DNA from: Takakia lepidozioides
Taxonomy: Eukaryota; Plantae; Bryophyta
Length of the DNA: 64,000 nt
NCBI GenBank assembly: GCA_030704615.1
Contig: CM060732.1
Span: 52,824,001-52,888,000 of the forward strand
Direction of reading: 5' to 3'
This document shows, one piece after another, positions 24,554-36,943 of the stretch (position 1 is its first letter; every line of letters begins with the position of its first letter). The notes beneath the pieces were generated by a model. It worked only from the letters and a program-made list of their open reading frames with translations, was not told the origin of the DNA and made no database searches. The translations under genes were made by a program, and so were the position numbers.

Positions 24554-24867
24554 GCTGTCAAGTTATTTACCACTAGTGTGAAACTAGCTAGGAAATAGCT
24601 AGCATTTACATATTGACATTTGGGATTGGCCCAAGTGTCATTCCACGGGTGAAGGCAGATTTAGGCCCTAGAGTGGTTATCTTCACGGCAAGCGCGGGAG
24701 GCTCATCTTTCTCGAGTTGAGCCTCCCCGCGCCTAGCTATGGCGCCGTAGTGTGGATTCCCCATGGCGTGGGGTGCACTTGGCTTGACTTGTATTTGAGT
24801 GATGAGTTTATGCTTCAGTTTTGTGAGCTTGCATGAGCTTATGCTTGTATTCTTCTTCTTTATCTAT

Positions 24868-25043
24868 TGTGTGGACTAGTGACTGCCATAGTGGGCAGCA
24901 TAGTGGCAGCCTAGTGACTGATTAGTTGTAGCCTAGTGGTTGGACTAGTGGTGGACTTGTGGTATACTAGTGTGTGGCGTGCACATGTGTTGTGTGGTTA
25001 TGGACAGCGATGTAGTTGTGTAGCGATATGTATGCGCACGACA
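24868..25043 (+). repeat. Second terminal repeat R2 of DNMT-Gypsy
   Basis: Direct repeat of 24399-24553 with extra CTAG units; its end abuts a truncated transposase. Confidence 0.8.
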
Positions 25044-25826
25044 ATGTCCTCATGGGTATGGCCAACCATGAGAAATCCCATCTGAATCTCCTCAAACACT
25101 CCTCTCGCAATTAGGAGCGACAGAAAGCTAGCATCCACCTGTTTTTGTTTTCCTTCATGCAGTTGTCCAACTGCAGGTAGAGTCTTCGTGGAAGAGGGAC
25201 TTTTCTTTTTTCTTCTCCTTATTGCCGAAAGGTTTCAGAATGTCGAGACACCTCGATTTACCCTTCATGAGAGATTCGAAAAAAGAATTCTGAGATGGGT
25301 GGTCAAAGATGTTACGACTTTCGTGGCAAGAGGGCTTCTCTAGTTGGCAGAGGCATCTTGCTAGAGAGCTAATCGTGAAGTTCGGGTCTCCTGGCCAGAA
25401 GTCCAGATAACACTATCTGTAGGCTCCATCCCCGTGGCCGTGGGTGACCATGCCGGTTAGCGAGATTGGAAGCTGACCTAAGCCAGAGACCATCTTGTTC
25501 GTCATCTACAACCTTGGAATAGCTGTTTTCCGATGATCCATCTTGTCATGAATGATGCAGAAGAACTTGGACAGCATCATAGCTGACTCATTCCTCCAGC
25601 TGTGATAGAGTCTCCTGCAAGACTCCTGAAGCCTGAGGTGCTTATTAAGTGCTTTCTTGTGCGAGGCCTGCTCATCGTTACGTTTGACTGACTTCTTGAT
25701 TAGGTCTTTGAGTATCTCACAGTCTGTGCATTTGGCAAACGTGCTACCACTTTTTCTAACCTTGACATTGGGAAACTGACAGCTGCCTGGGAGATAGGTT
25801 TCAACCCACATATTTTATTCGCCTGC
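25044..25826 (-). pseudogene. Sola-like / DUF7869-type DDE transposase fragment
   Basis: FAKCTDC; CIIHDKMD; THGHGDGAY; LPRRLYLQLDNCMKENKN; GVFEEIQMGFLMVGHTHEDI, cut at the retroelement terminus. Confidence 0.7.
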
Positions 25827-26628
25827 AAGACAGACAGGGGGAAATGAACCTCGTGCGATCGCCCGAGCTTTAATAGTGAGAGGTCTGATACATTGCATAG
25901 AAGCAAAACAGCGAAGGTCCGAAAAAATATAGAATTCGAAAAGTGGTAAAAAGAAGATGTCAATTCGACCTCTGAGAACTGAGGATCCTCATTGTTGGTA
26001 TTGGTGTCAGTCCCAGTATCTTTTTGAATTTACACAACATCCCAAACGACAGGTGTTCTGATTGCTTTTCCCAAAAAGTCCGCATCCATGTGCAAATATG
26101 GCAACGACACAGAAGAATGTGCCAGATCGCAAGACACTATAACAACAGATATTGCGGACCCGTTTAGCTGTCGTCCGTGGCAACCTCCGCAACCAGTCAT
26201 GTTGAGACATTCTGCTGTTGCGACGATAGAGTTCGAGCCCTGAAGAGTGAGGAAAACTTGTTGACCAGTTTGGAACAACGACATTTCCACGAACCTCGCG
26301 CGATCGCGCATGTATCCTACAGTAGAGATGTTGGTGATTAATGATTTGGCACTATATCGATGGACACTAAGAAAGAGTGAAACAATAAGTTACTGAAGTT
26401 TGTTTAGAAAAACTGAGGATGAAGATGAAAAAGAACCTCGCGCGATCGCCCGCGTTTAGGGTTATAATGATTTGGAAATTGAAAATAGAACTCGGACTCT
26501 CGGATTTTGTATTAGAATATAGAACGTAGGTCTGTATTGGTCGAAACAAAAATTAGTAGAAAATCAAAGGATCTGCTAAAGCTACGACCCGAATGTACAA
26601 CATTGTCTACGACTCCAGAACAGAAATA

Positions 26629-26785
26629 TGTCGTGCGCATACATATCGCTACACAACTACATCGTTGTCCAAAACCACACAACACGTGTGCACACCACAC
26701 ACTAGTATATCACTAGTCCATAGTGGGCAGCATAGTGGCAGCCTAGTGACTGACTAGTTGTAGCCTAGTGGTTGGACTAGTGGTT
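26629..26785. repeat. Rearranged terminal repeat of DNMT-Gypsy copy B
   Basis: 26629-26720 is the distal part of R on the minus strand. 26718-26785 is the middle part of R on the plus strand. The proximal 20 bp lie at 36008-36027. Confidence 0.8.
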
Positions 26786-27050
26786 AGACGGGGGAGGACG
26801 AGGAAGTCACTGGGCTCGGGAGGAAGCACTGCGACTGGAGAACCAGGTCTTGAGAGAGCAGGGAGGAGAGATGGACACAGAGACCATACCGTCTGCCGTT
26901 GTTTCGCACCACCGGGACCTCCTTGGAAGTATGCTGCCTCCAGACCCCATGGAAAAGTTGAATGCCTCAGGAGCATCAAGTGCAAAGAAGAAACTGGAGG
27001 TGACTATCAACCCTCTTTACTCTTTTTTTGTCTGTTCCATGCTCATCAGA

Positions 27051-27640
27051 GAGGTCGACATCAACCTTGCGTCAACGCAAGGTTGATGTCGACCTCCACA
27101 GTGTATGTTTTGGGCATGAAACGAGTGCAGATGTTGCACTCGAATCAACCTTGCGTTGACGCGAGGTTGATTCGTGTGCCTTTTCTGTTCAATCCCACAA
27201 ACCCTTAACGCCTGGCAGCCATGGAACTATTGAATGCTCCCGGTGCATCATACAGTGCCAAGAAGAAACCATAAGTTGCAATGTGCCTTTCCATGTGATT
27301 TTTTTGTTTGTTGAATACCAATCTGAGAGCTCCACAGCAACCTTGCGTCAACGCAAGGTTGATGTCGACCTCCAAAGCGTTTGTTTATGAAGGTGACATG
27401 AAGCAGATTCAGCACTCGAATCAACCTTGCGTTGACACGAGGCTGATTCTGATGCCACTCTCTGCATCTGAAGTCTCGCACCAGGAAACGCAAAGTATGG
27501 AAAGTCAATTATCTGAAGCCACCAAAAGAACCCTGCGTCAACGCAAAGCATTTAGTTGGTTCAATGGACTGTTGCGGTATGCATTTCAGACTAAGCTGCA
27601 TCCCCATCAATCAACCTTGCGTCAACGCAAGGTAGATCCA
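27051..27640. repeat. Palindrome cluster 1 (6 copies of TCAACCTTGCGTYRACGCAAGGTTGA)
   Basis: Copies at about 27051 (22-bp perfect arms, 27051-27096), 27141, 27338, 27417, 27529 and 27609. Confidence 0.92.
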
Positions 27641-29519
27641 TGGGAGCTCAATCTGTCACTCACAGGGATATTCATTATGTGCAGAGGAAAAGAAAAAGGA
27701 AATCCGTGGGGGGAGATGCGGAAGTGGAAGAAGGTGATGGTGAGGAGGAGTCATTTGAGGGACACTATGAAGACAAGGCCGAGGAGGTTATGGGTGGGCA
27801 GAAAGTGAACTCCTCGAAGGTGATTCTGTCGATGGAGGATCCTGACGGAAACTTGGTTATCCCACTATGCAGGATGATCTCCATGCCCGCGGTTCGACCC
27901 GCATTGAGGAATGACATCACGAAGTTGAAGAACGATTTTGTTCACAGCTATGTCAAGGGATCTACTGTGTTCTATGTATCCACTGTGAACACGAAAAGAG
28001 AGGAGTGTCCTGTAACAGAGGAGATAGAGCAAAGTTGGGATGCATGCTGGCGGGATGTAAACAGGGAGTTTGAGTTCAAGCTGTCCAAAAAGGCCTCCAC
28101 AAAAGCGTTTATGGGAAAGATGTTTTTTCTCTGGGATGGGAACCATAGACTGCTTGCCTGGATGGATTACATTTCAAGCTTGCACTTGGACGAGATCGAA
28201 TGGCATTGGAGCGTGGTTTCCATGGTACTCGACCACAAAGGACGTGTCACGCAGCTCTTGACAGTCATGCACAACATAAACAAGTAAGTTACCAACATTG
28301 TTCCTGTTCCGATCTGCGTTTGCACAATTAGAAATCATCTTATGAGTTGAAGGTTTTTCCAGGTCCAATGAAACCTCCCATGTGACGACAAATCTCTGCC
28401 ACACTCTATTCCGTATCCAGAAGATAGGGCTGATGCCACTGGAGTCATTCACGAACGTGCTCAGTCCTCAGCAGATGAAGAGGTGTGCTGAAAAGAAGAC
28501 AAGCACATGGTACAGCCTGACAAGGGAGGCTTTTCTTGACTACATGTACACGGTAAGCTTCTTGATATCTGTTTGATTGTTGTTACTGCAAATTTTATCA
28601 AGAAACGGCAGTGTTTGATTCTTTCTCCCTGTAATGTATGCAGCAAGAAATAGCAGAAACTGGTTTGAAGGCAAAAACAGAGTACTATGCTTCCCACACA
28701 AAAGAGCAGAGGTCTATTGGGCTTGAGGACATAATGAAATTCGAGATGAACAATCAAAGGAAGAACCTCATGAGTGCGTTCGACAAACAAATCCGCATAA
28801 CAGATCCAAGTTTTGGCACGGAATTTCTGGAACAGATGAAAGCACATTATGACAAGTATGGCTCAAAGCCAGAGATGACCCAAGAGAAACTGCATTGCCT
28901 TTCCATTTCAATGGTGGACAATGCAACCAAAATCAGGTGGTTGGAGATCTGGAATTCCGATCCACTTGTGAGAGACACCAACATGTTCCCATCTCCTGAG
29001 AGGGACTCAAAGACACAAGCAATAAAAGTTGTTAGCGACCACACATTCGACCAGTGGCTACACAAAGCAACCTTCTGGAGCCAGGTAAAGTATCCACAAA
29101 ACCATTTTCAAATGCTTGTGCTGCTCCGTGCTCTCTCCACAATTCTTATGATCTTTTTTTGCTGCAGTTGGAAAAATGAGCGGTGGTTGCACTTGGGGAG
29201 TCAATGGCAGACTACAAAATCCAGATGTCTTGCCCCCGGATCACACTGGAGGCCTATATCAAGAGATGGAAGCTCGCTATCTGGAACAACTATTTTTTCA
29301 GGGAGTTTGAGAGAGAAAAATGAATCTCTAGGTCCTACGAACTCAAAAACCAGTACAATAGCGAGCAAGCAATGAAACGAGTGTTGTATAGGTGTGACCT
29401 CCAAGAAACAATTATGGTACTTGAAGTGTATGTTTCTGTATTCTTGTTTCGTTTTTTCCATGTAGAACTGCGAATTTGGAGGTTTTCAGGGACCTCTGAA
29501 GGCTCTGGACGTGCAGCCG

Positions 29520-30290
29520 AGCAACATTGCGTTAATGCAAGCTTGCATCCCTTTGTTTTGGTTTCACTTTCATGTACCTGGGGTATCCAATGAAGTCGTT
29601 ATTCTGCATGTGAAAGGGCAAAAATTGACAGGCAAATCAACTTTGCGTCAATGCAAGGTTGATGAAGGGCCTGGCTGTGTAGGTTTTCCTCTGTTCTTGG
29701 GCTGCTTTTTTGGTGGTTTCCAGTTGCAATGCTGCCAGGATGAACTTAAAGTCGGTTTGGAGTTTGTTTGAAATGTTGTTTAGAGCTTACACTGTACCAT
29801 CAGACAACCTTGCGTTGACGCAATGTTATTTGACGGTATGGATTGCTAGATTGATCCCGCCAAAATACCCCGATTTCCATACAATTGTAGGAAAGTTAAG
29901 GTTATCAAAAATACCCTGGACAGGTGTTTCAGCAGAGGAATTCAACCTTGCGTCAACACAAGGTTGAATATCCATACCAGCAGATATTCGGATGGTGATT
30001 TTCAATCACTGTTTTCCATTTCCTCTGTTAATGAAAACAACCTTGCGTTGGCGCAATGTTGAATTCCATTGCCAAGCACTGTCTCTTTCAATGCTACATT
30101 ATCATAGGTGTATCCGCCAATCTTCTTTGCGTCCACGCAAGGTTGATTGGGGTTCCAATGTTGTGCATGAGATGTTTTAGGATAATGGGCTTTCCCTCTC
30201 GTACGTGCTTGTTGAAAGTGCAGTTCTCCAAATTTGGTGTTTTCCATTTCAGCTCGAATCAACATTGCGTCAACGCAATGTTGAATTGGG
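29520..30290. repeat. Palindrome cluster 2 (7 copies) in a putative long intron
   Basis: Copies at about 29522, 29636, 29805, 29939, 30037, 30126 and 30257. Confidence 0.9.
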
Positions 30291-32971
30291 CTTTCAAACG
30301 TTGGTTTATCAGTGTTACTGACCTGCATGCCAATACACTTCTCGTGATGTGTGATCTGTGTCCTGATCAGATCGATTAACTGTCTGGATTTTGGGTGTGT
30401 GTGTCATTCAGGTATATGTATCATGTCCTCATATCGGGAAAGTACCTTAGCGATGACCCAGACTTCATCTACTCATGGGCTGACCCCTCCAATGACAAGA
30501 CAATGTACATGGCTGGTATTGCCAGAGACTGGAGCAGGGCGCACTTCAGAGACAGTGGGTGGTACCTCGATCTGCCAAAACAGGACACACCATTCGATGA
30601 AGTTGTTTTGAGAAACCTTAATGACAACGCCGTGGCACTTGCCCCACTGGCTGACAAAGACATTCAGGACATAATCATTGCTGCTCTGGCTGCAAAAGAG
30701 CCTGAGAAATCTGCTACTCCAAAACGGAAGGGGAAGATTGCCGGGGATCCGAAGGGGAAGGGGAAGAGTGCAACTCCGCAAGAACAGGGCCCGTCAGAGG
30801 TTGCTGAAAGACAGCCTTCTCCAACTAGGAGGGATAGGAGAACAGCAAAGTCGAGGGAGCAACCTTTCGATGCAAGAGAACATCCATCCAGGGTTTTGGG
30901 CCAGTTCCATCGTAAGGTGGTGAATGAAAGTTTTCTGGCAATGATGGAATCTAGGAAGTCGACATTCAAAGGGGTGACCTCGAAATCATGGGACATGCTT
31001 GTTTTGTTCCTCACTTAGGGAAGCACATATGTCTTAACTGTTGTGTGAATAATTTTGTTTTGGCAACTTGTTCTGGCTTGTCGATGGGATTGATTTCCTG
31101 TTGGATCAAGATTGGGCTTGTGACACTGTCTCCTGTTTTTGGCTGTAGGTCACAAACAGGCCGGATTGGGTGAATGGAGTTCAGCAGGCATACGCGACTG
31201 ACCTTGTGGTGCTGGACATTCCTGACGGTTTCCCTGTCCCTGATGTGTTGCCTTCCAATTCAACCCCCACTTAGAACAAATCGGATTCTCGTTACTGGCA
31301 GTGGGCCTTCTCATTCAGCAACAAATTCCTTTCTGACTCGGGGGCTCTTCTTCTCATGCAGTCAAAGGACATGTTGGCACGGAGAACTCTTTTCAGCTAC
31401 ATGAAAGCTTCCGGGTTTTGTGTCATCAAAACTTGGACCTGCATCAACACTCTGCCTCTTACGAAGGGCGAGTTCCCGGGGCAGAAAGTGAGTTGGTTCC
31501 TTTGAATTAAAGTTTCATGGTTCTGATGTACATGTCAAAAGTTGGTTTTGTCTTTTGCCTCATGCTCTCTTCGTGATTATTGACAGACTCGGGTGTTCGA
31601 AGCTTTGTGCCTGGTGAGGGTGCGTAAGGACACTCTTCCTCCTGGTATCAATTGTTGAGTTCCAGTTGAAGGACCTTGCAGCTCACATTGACCCCACCTG
31701 TGAGCCTGTGGAGGATGATGTAATCTTCAATTACGTGGACTCGGGTCGAACCACGAAAAGGTCGACTGGTGTCCCTTGGGGAGGTGCACGGGAGAAATCC
31801 CCAGCTGCCATGCAGACTTTGGTGGAGACATGCAGCCGTCACGGTGGACGAGTGGTTGACTTCTCTATGGGAACAGGTGGGGCCCTGAACACTGTGTTTG
31901 AAATGTGGGCAGTGAGCTTAGGGAAGCCCTGTTTGGATTTCTCGTTCATCTTCGATTTGCAGGAGCATCTTTTCATGCGTGCAAAAGCGCCGGAAGGCAC
32001 TTCTTCGGCATGGAGGCTGATACGGAGCTCTTCTCAAGCGAGCTTCATCAGCTTGAGTCGGGCACTACTTCTGCCCCATCCATGGAGACTTCTTGAGGAG
32101 CACGAAGCGCCTGACGAGGATCTCGACGTGGACTCCGATTTTGAGTGTGAGTAAGTTCGGCTCTAGTCGTGCAAAATATGTTGCATTTCATTGTGTCATT
32201 CCCGTTCGACAGATGGTTGCTTACATTGTCTATTTCTGGATGATAACATCTACCACCATTCCTCTTCTTGCTTTCCAGAGTTCGGCAGGCGTCATCGAAT
32301 ACGCATACACCTTTTGGTTTCCAAGGATACTACATGTCCCCGAGTCCCCCTAGAGCTTACCGCTTGCCGGTTTACGCGGAAGCTTGCGCACGGGTGTTGT
32401 CCCAATAAACAATGTATTCGCCTCTCCATGGGGGTCGCGGAGAAAAAAAACGTCAAGGAGGGGCTGCTGTGTTCATAGATGATATTGCTGTAGACTCTGG
32501 AAGTAGTTCCTCTGAAACCTCCAATAGTTCTTGAGGTTCAAGTACCGAGACTTAATAAAATGTATTTTAGTTTTGCTTCCATCCCCAAACTGTTTTTCAA
32601 GATCTTCGCGCGTTCCCGTAAGTACAGTTAGGGATTGCCTAGGGTAGGTCTTCAGATTCCACCATTGACAAATGTTTGTGGGTTGGAATGAATGAACTAC
32701 TTTGCAAAAAAAAGGGTTTGCTGTTAATATTCAATTCTCTAGCGGGCGATCTCCTCATTCAAAAATCATGTCCTCAATCCTAAACCATCCACAAACCTAC
32801 CATTGTTCTCGGTCGGAAAGAATATTCATGTGGGGGCGATGAAAGGGATATAGGCGACAACTGATCCGCGGTAATAGGGGGGGGGGGGGGGGGAGCACGG
32901 AATTAGGACCTGCACACGTGGAATTGCTGACGTGGCGTGAGCCTAGTCAGGCTCATGCGCAAGCATTCCCC

Positions 32972-35900
32972 CCTGTGGGATGCTCAGTTGCAGCCGTTAG
33001 TGGAGCCTAATGCTGACGAGCGTGAGCGGGCAATGGGTTCTACCACTGGTACCACGGCGGTACTATCTCTTTCTGAGGCATCACGTCGTCAGGTGTTGGG
33101 GCAAGCAATGGATCTCAATTACTTGACCTGGATTATCAGCTTGGCTATGGCTGAGCAACGCAGAGTGCGGAGTACACTTCCCTCGATGGTCTCTCTGCCT
33201 ACCGAGACGGTACAGACAGTGAGTGGGGGCAAGCATGTGACGACCACGGGGTGTAGGCATCCATGGCACACGTGGGAGGTGCTCGAGGTTCAGAGGGAGT
33301 TGGCAGCCAAGGTGGCGGTGATGGATGAGGTTGGCGATTTTTCTCGGGTGGAGGAAGTCCTCGAGGATGAGATGATGGGGCAGGATGAGGCCTTGTCACT
33401 GACTGAGCAGGTAGGGAGTACTGCTCAAGAGGTTGCAACATAGCAACCACTGAACGCGTCTTCTACCTCTAAGCCCACTGGACTTAAGGTTGCAGTTATG
33501 GAGGACAATTGGAAGGCTGACATTAGATCCATTGTCACTGGAGGAGAGAGACGACGTATACGGCGGTTCATGAGGGCTTACAAGAATTGCTTTGCCTTCA
33601 GTTTGAAGGACTTGGGAGCACTGAAGGGTCAAGAGATTCGTATTGAGTTGGCCACTCACACGCCAATCTTTCGGAGATCCTATAGATGCAGTGACATGGA
33701 GAGGTCTTCGATTCAGATGAGGACTCAAGATCTCTGGGAGGCTGGTTTGGTGGTGCTCTCTGGTGGAGAGTATGCTTCAGCCATGCTGGGGCTTGGATGA
33801 TGAAGGAAGAGAGTTCGTAGTAGCTTATGCTAGCCGCTCGAACAACGGTGTAGAGGCTAAGTACAGCTCATATGAGGGAGAGTGTTTAGCTGCAGTGTGG
33901 GCCGTGCCACACTTCAGGTGTTATCTATATGGCAATCTCTTCACCTTTGTCACGGATCACCAGCCACTCAAGTGGTTGATGGAGTCAGACAAGCTTACGG
34001 GGAAGCTTGCACGGTGGGCACTCATACTCCAGGAGTATGTCTTTCAGGTTGTGCATCGACCGGGTTTGGTCAATTGGGATGCGGATGGATTGAGTTGCAA
34101 TCCATGCACGAGCCAGCATGATGACACTGGAGCTCGGTGGCATGGTGAGACGGACGAGGAGATGGTGCCGGGATGGCATGCATCTGCCTTTTTTGTGTAT
34201 CTTGGCATCGGGAGGTCAGGTTGGACCTACAACAGAGATGACTGTAGACGGTGTGTCTGAGGACCCTAAGGCTAGTGATGAGCCAGGAGGTACTACAGAT
34301 ATATATGAGGATTTGGCTGTGTTGGACTATCTCCGTACTGGAGACACGGCAGCCACTATGACTGCCAGGGAGAGGGACCAAATCTTGCAACGAGCCAAGA
34401 GGTTCAAGTGGGAGGGGATACACCTGCTCCGAGTGTGGGAGGATGGTCGGGTGAGGATTGTGCCTCACCCCACACAGTGTGCACGGTTAGTGCGGCATGC
34501 CCATGAGGAGTTGGGGCATTTTGGAGTGCGACGCACTCACAATTTACTGCAGGGGCAGTATTGGTGGCGTGGTATGCATACAGAGGTGCAACACATCATG
34601 GCTAGGTGCATGGTGTATGACAGGGTGCATGCTTCATTCAACGCCCCTACACCACAGTTGCATCATTTACCAATCATGGGATTGGGCTACAGGTGGAGTC
34701 TTGACTTCGCAGGACCGTTGCCACTAACTATGCGCCACCACAGATATGTGTTGGTGATGGTGGAGCACTTCTCCAAGTGGATTTAGTTGGTTCCATTGCC
34801 TGACAAGGCTAGTGAGGGGGCTGCATATGCATTCTTGGATCGTGTGCTTAGCCGATTCGGTGCTCCAGCTGAGGTACTCACGGACCAAGGGAGAGAGTTC
34901 TTGGGGGAGTTTCAGGCTTTGTGTGATAAAGCCTTGATAGACCACCGCACCACTTCTCGGGATCATCCTGAGGCCGATGGCTTGGCAGAGAGAGTTGTTC
35001 CTAGACGGTGAAAAGGGGTTTGCGCAAGTATGGCTTGCAGAAAGGACACCTAGGAGATTGGGATCTTTCAGGTGCCTTGGTTAGCCATGTGCTACAGGTT
35101 CAGCAAACAAGCATCATTTGCATCTTTCTCACCATATTTCCTTCTCTTTGGCCGAGAGCCGGATTTGCCTGCAACCATTCGTAGGGACACTGCTCAAGTC
35201 CTTAACCTTGACGATCCGGACGTGTGGGTACGTGCATGTGATCAGCGTGCAGAGTTGTTCAAGAAAGTCATGCCCATGGCTTTTAATAACCTTGTCATTG
35301 CACAGCACCGTGATACGTTGAGGTATGCCACTATACGTGGTGGAGGATATCCTCTTGGGGTTCGGAGGTTTAGCCCTGGTGACTATATTTATTTGCAGCA
35401 GACTGCTCCTACGACCTTGGATGTCACTGGAGGGCGTGTTATTCTGAGGGTTCGAGAGGTGTTGCCCTCAGGAGTCCTGATCTTGGAGGGTCGGGATGGC
35501 ATGACGTGGAAAGACCATGTGCGTAATTGTGCGCCATGTCACCTTCCCAATGTCGATGGCAGAGTTGACCCAAACTTGGCAGTGGTACCTGCAGGTTTGA
35601 GGTGCATGCTCTGTGGGTCTACCAAAGGGGCAGCCACCATGCTGGTGTGTGATTGATGCTTAAGAGGTTGGTACATGGGATGCTTGACACCACCTCTTGA
35701 GAAGGTTCCTGATGGAGATTGGTTGTGTCCACACTGCTTGGGATAGTGGCAGTGGACATGACTAGAGGCAGCTAACAAGACATGGGAGGCCAAGCTCATA
35801 GGAGTCAATACACGAGATCCTAGGCTCAAGTTCACAGGTTGCAAGACGGCAACTAATGATGGGGCAACTCTTGCACCCGGCCTCTTGATCTATCGAGTTT

Positions 35901-36027
35901 GAGTGTAGTAGGGACAGTGGTGGAGGACTTAGTGAGGCTATGGTCACTATCACATCTTGTGGCTACCTGGACTTAGAGGGACCTAAGCACCAGCTAGGGG
36001 GGCGATTGTGTGGACTAGTGACTGCCT
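32972..36027 (+). mobile_element. DNMT-Gypsy copy B, 3' half (DNMT C-terminus, RT mostly deleted, RH, INT, PHD, PPT, first 20 bp of terminal repeat)
   Basis: Colinear with 20550-24418, with a deletion of about 0.8 kb of RT at ~33783. Confidence 0.92.
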
Positions 36028-36149
36028 TCAATTGGAGGTTGCTCTTCGGTCGCCTCCGGGATCACTTGAAGACCTTCCTCTCCAAACAATGGTTGCAGAA
36101 TCGGGTTTTGGTGTACGTCCTCATCTCCGCCAGAGGTTTCCTCTCCCAT
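36028..36149 (-). CDS. Displaced first coding segment of the ParB-MTase gene
   Basis: MGEETSGGDEDVHQNPILQPLFGEEGLQVIPEATEEQPPIE joins in frame to DGEDEEV at 26787 when the inversion is undone. Confidence 0.6.
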
Positions 36150-36943
36150 TATAAGTTCCCGTCTCGCCTTCCTCCTCCTTTCCTTAGCGTGTACCCTTTG
36201 CTTGTTTGATGTGAAGTAAAGTGTTCTTCGATGTTTTCTTCTCCCTCGGGATATGGTCACCGTCTCTACAGAATCCAGGGTTGCAAAGACAATATGGAGA
36301 AAAAGGAAAAAAGGGGGCTACGGTGGGTTCAGCGCAAGGCCTTCCACGCCAAGATGATCGCTCGGAACGACCTGTGCGCCACATGCTCATTCCACATGCA
36401 TGGCGAACACGTGTCCATCTAACCGTTATGTATATCTCCGGAAATCATTTTTTCTCATCCACCGAAATTCGTTCGGGTCTACCTCTCATCCGAAAAAGTT
36501 CATTAATTTGTAATAGCTTTTGGGATGTTTCAGAGGAATGTGAAGTATGTATAGCAGTGCAGGTGCCGTTAAAATTGAATGGAAATGGGCATCTCATCTG
36601 GAATCTCTGACATGACAGGCAAATGGCGGCTCTGTTAGTGAATCTTGCTGAGTTGGTTGTCCAATGCACTGGTGGGGCACCTCTGAGAAAACAATTGCAT
36701 TCTTTGATTAGGGCTGACATTATCCACTCCGCATTTGGGCACTCTGCGACCGTCCACTTGGTTCGCATGGGGACACATTTCTACGATGTGTCGAACCGCG
36801 TTAGGAGACCTACAAGTGGGTGCGACACCTGCAACTGTGTGTATGGACGTCATCTATACAGCCAAAAAACTCCGTTCTAGTACAACCTGCAATCAGAAGC
36901 AACGTCGGACTGTGAACTGTTCGTTTTGAAGCAACATTGAGAG

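Larger units (their letters stand above)
10197..25043 (+). mobile_element. Ty3/Gypsy retrotransposon copy A encoding DNMT and PHD (5'-truncated; chromovirus nested at 10243-16831)
   Basis: The 5' leader 10197-10242 continues at 16832 and matches the reverse complement of ~58830-59078. Domain order gag-PR-DNMT-RT-RH-INT-PHD, PPT-like AGGGGGGCGAT at 24388-24398, terminal repeats to 25043. Confidence 0.9.
26786..32154 (+). pseudogene. Spliced gene: acidic N-terminus + ParB/Srx-like domain + beta-class N6A/N4C DNA methyltransferase-like domain
   Basis: FFLWDGNHRLLAW (DGNHR at 28135-28149). Exon 31149-31487 has DLVVLDIPDG...FLSDSGALLLM. Exon 31587-31876 ends REKSPAAMQTLVETCSRHGGRVVDFSMGT and splices in frame (GT-AG 31877-31962) to GASFHACKSAGRHFFGMEAD. 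One TAG (31272) and a few frameshifts. Confidence 0.75.
26786..32971 (+). mobile_element. Mutator-like transposon, arm carrying the ParB-methyltransferase gene (inverted relative to the other arm)
   Basis: Ends ...GCTGACGTGGCGTGAGC...AAGCATTCCCC next to the target duplication CCTGTGGGA (32972-32980). Shares palindromes and a 17-bp subterminal motif with 36028-41016. Confidence 0.75.

Noticed and set aside
24399-25043. Independent TRIM element
   Set aside because: There is no PBS or PPT in the spacer on either strand and no TSD; R1 directly follows the Gypsy PPT.
27051-30290. CRISPR array suggested by ~26-bp palindromic repeats
   Set aside because: Spacing is irregular (about 80-200 bp), the repeats are degenerate, they lie within a spliced eukaryotic gene, and there are no cas genes.
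27640-32154. Bacterial or phage contamination as the source of the ParB-MTase
   Set aside because: The gene has GT-AG introns, including one inside the SAM-binding motif, and is joined to plant TEs through a target duplication.
32877-32893. Poly-G run as a functional G-quadruplex
   Set aside because: It is a single homopolymer of unreliable length with no other support.
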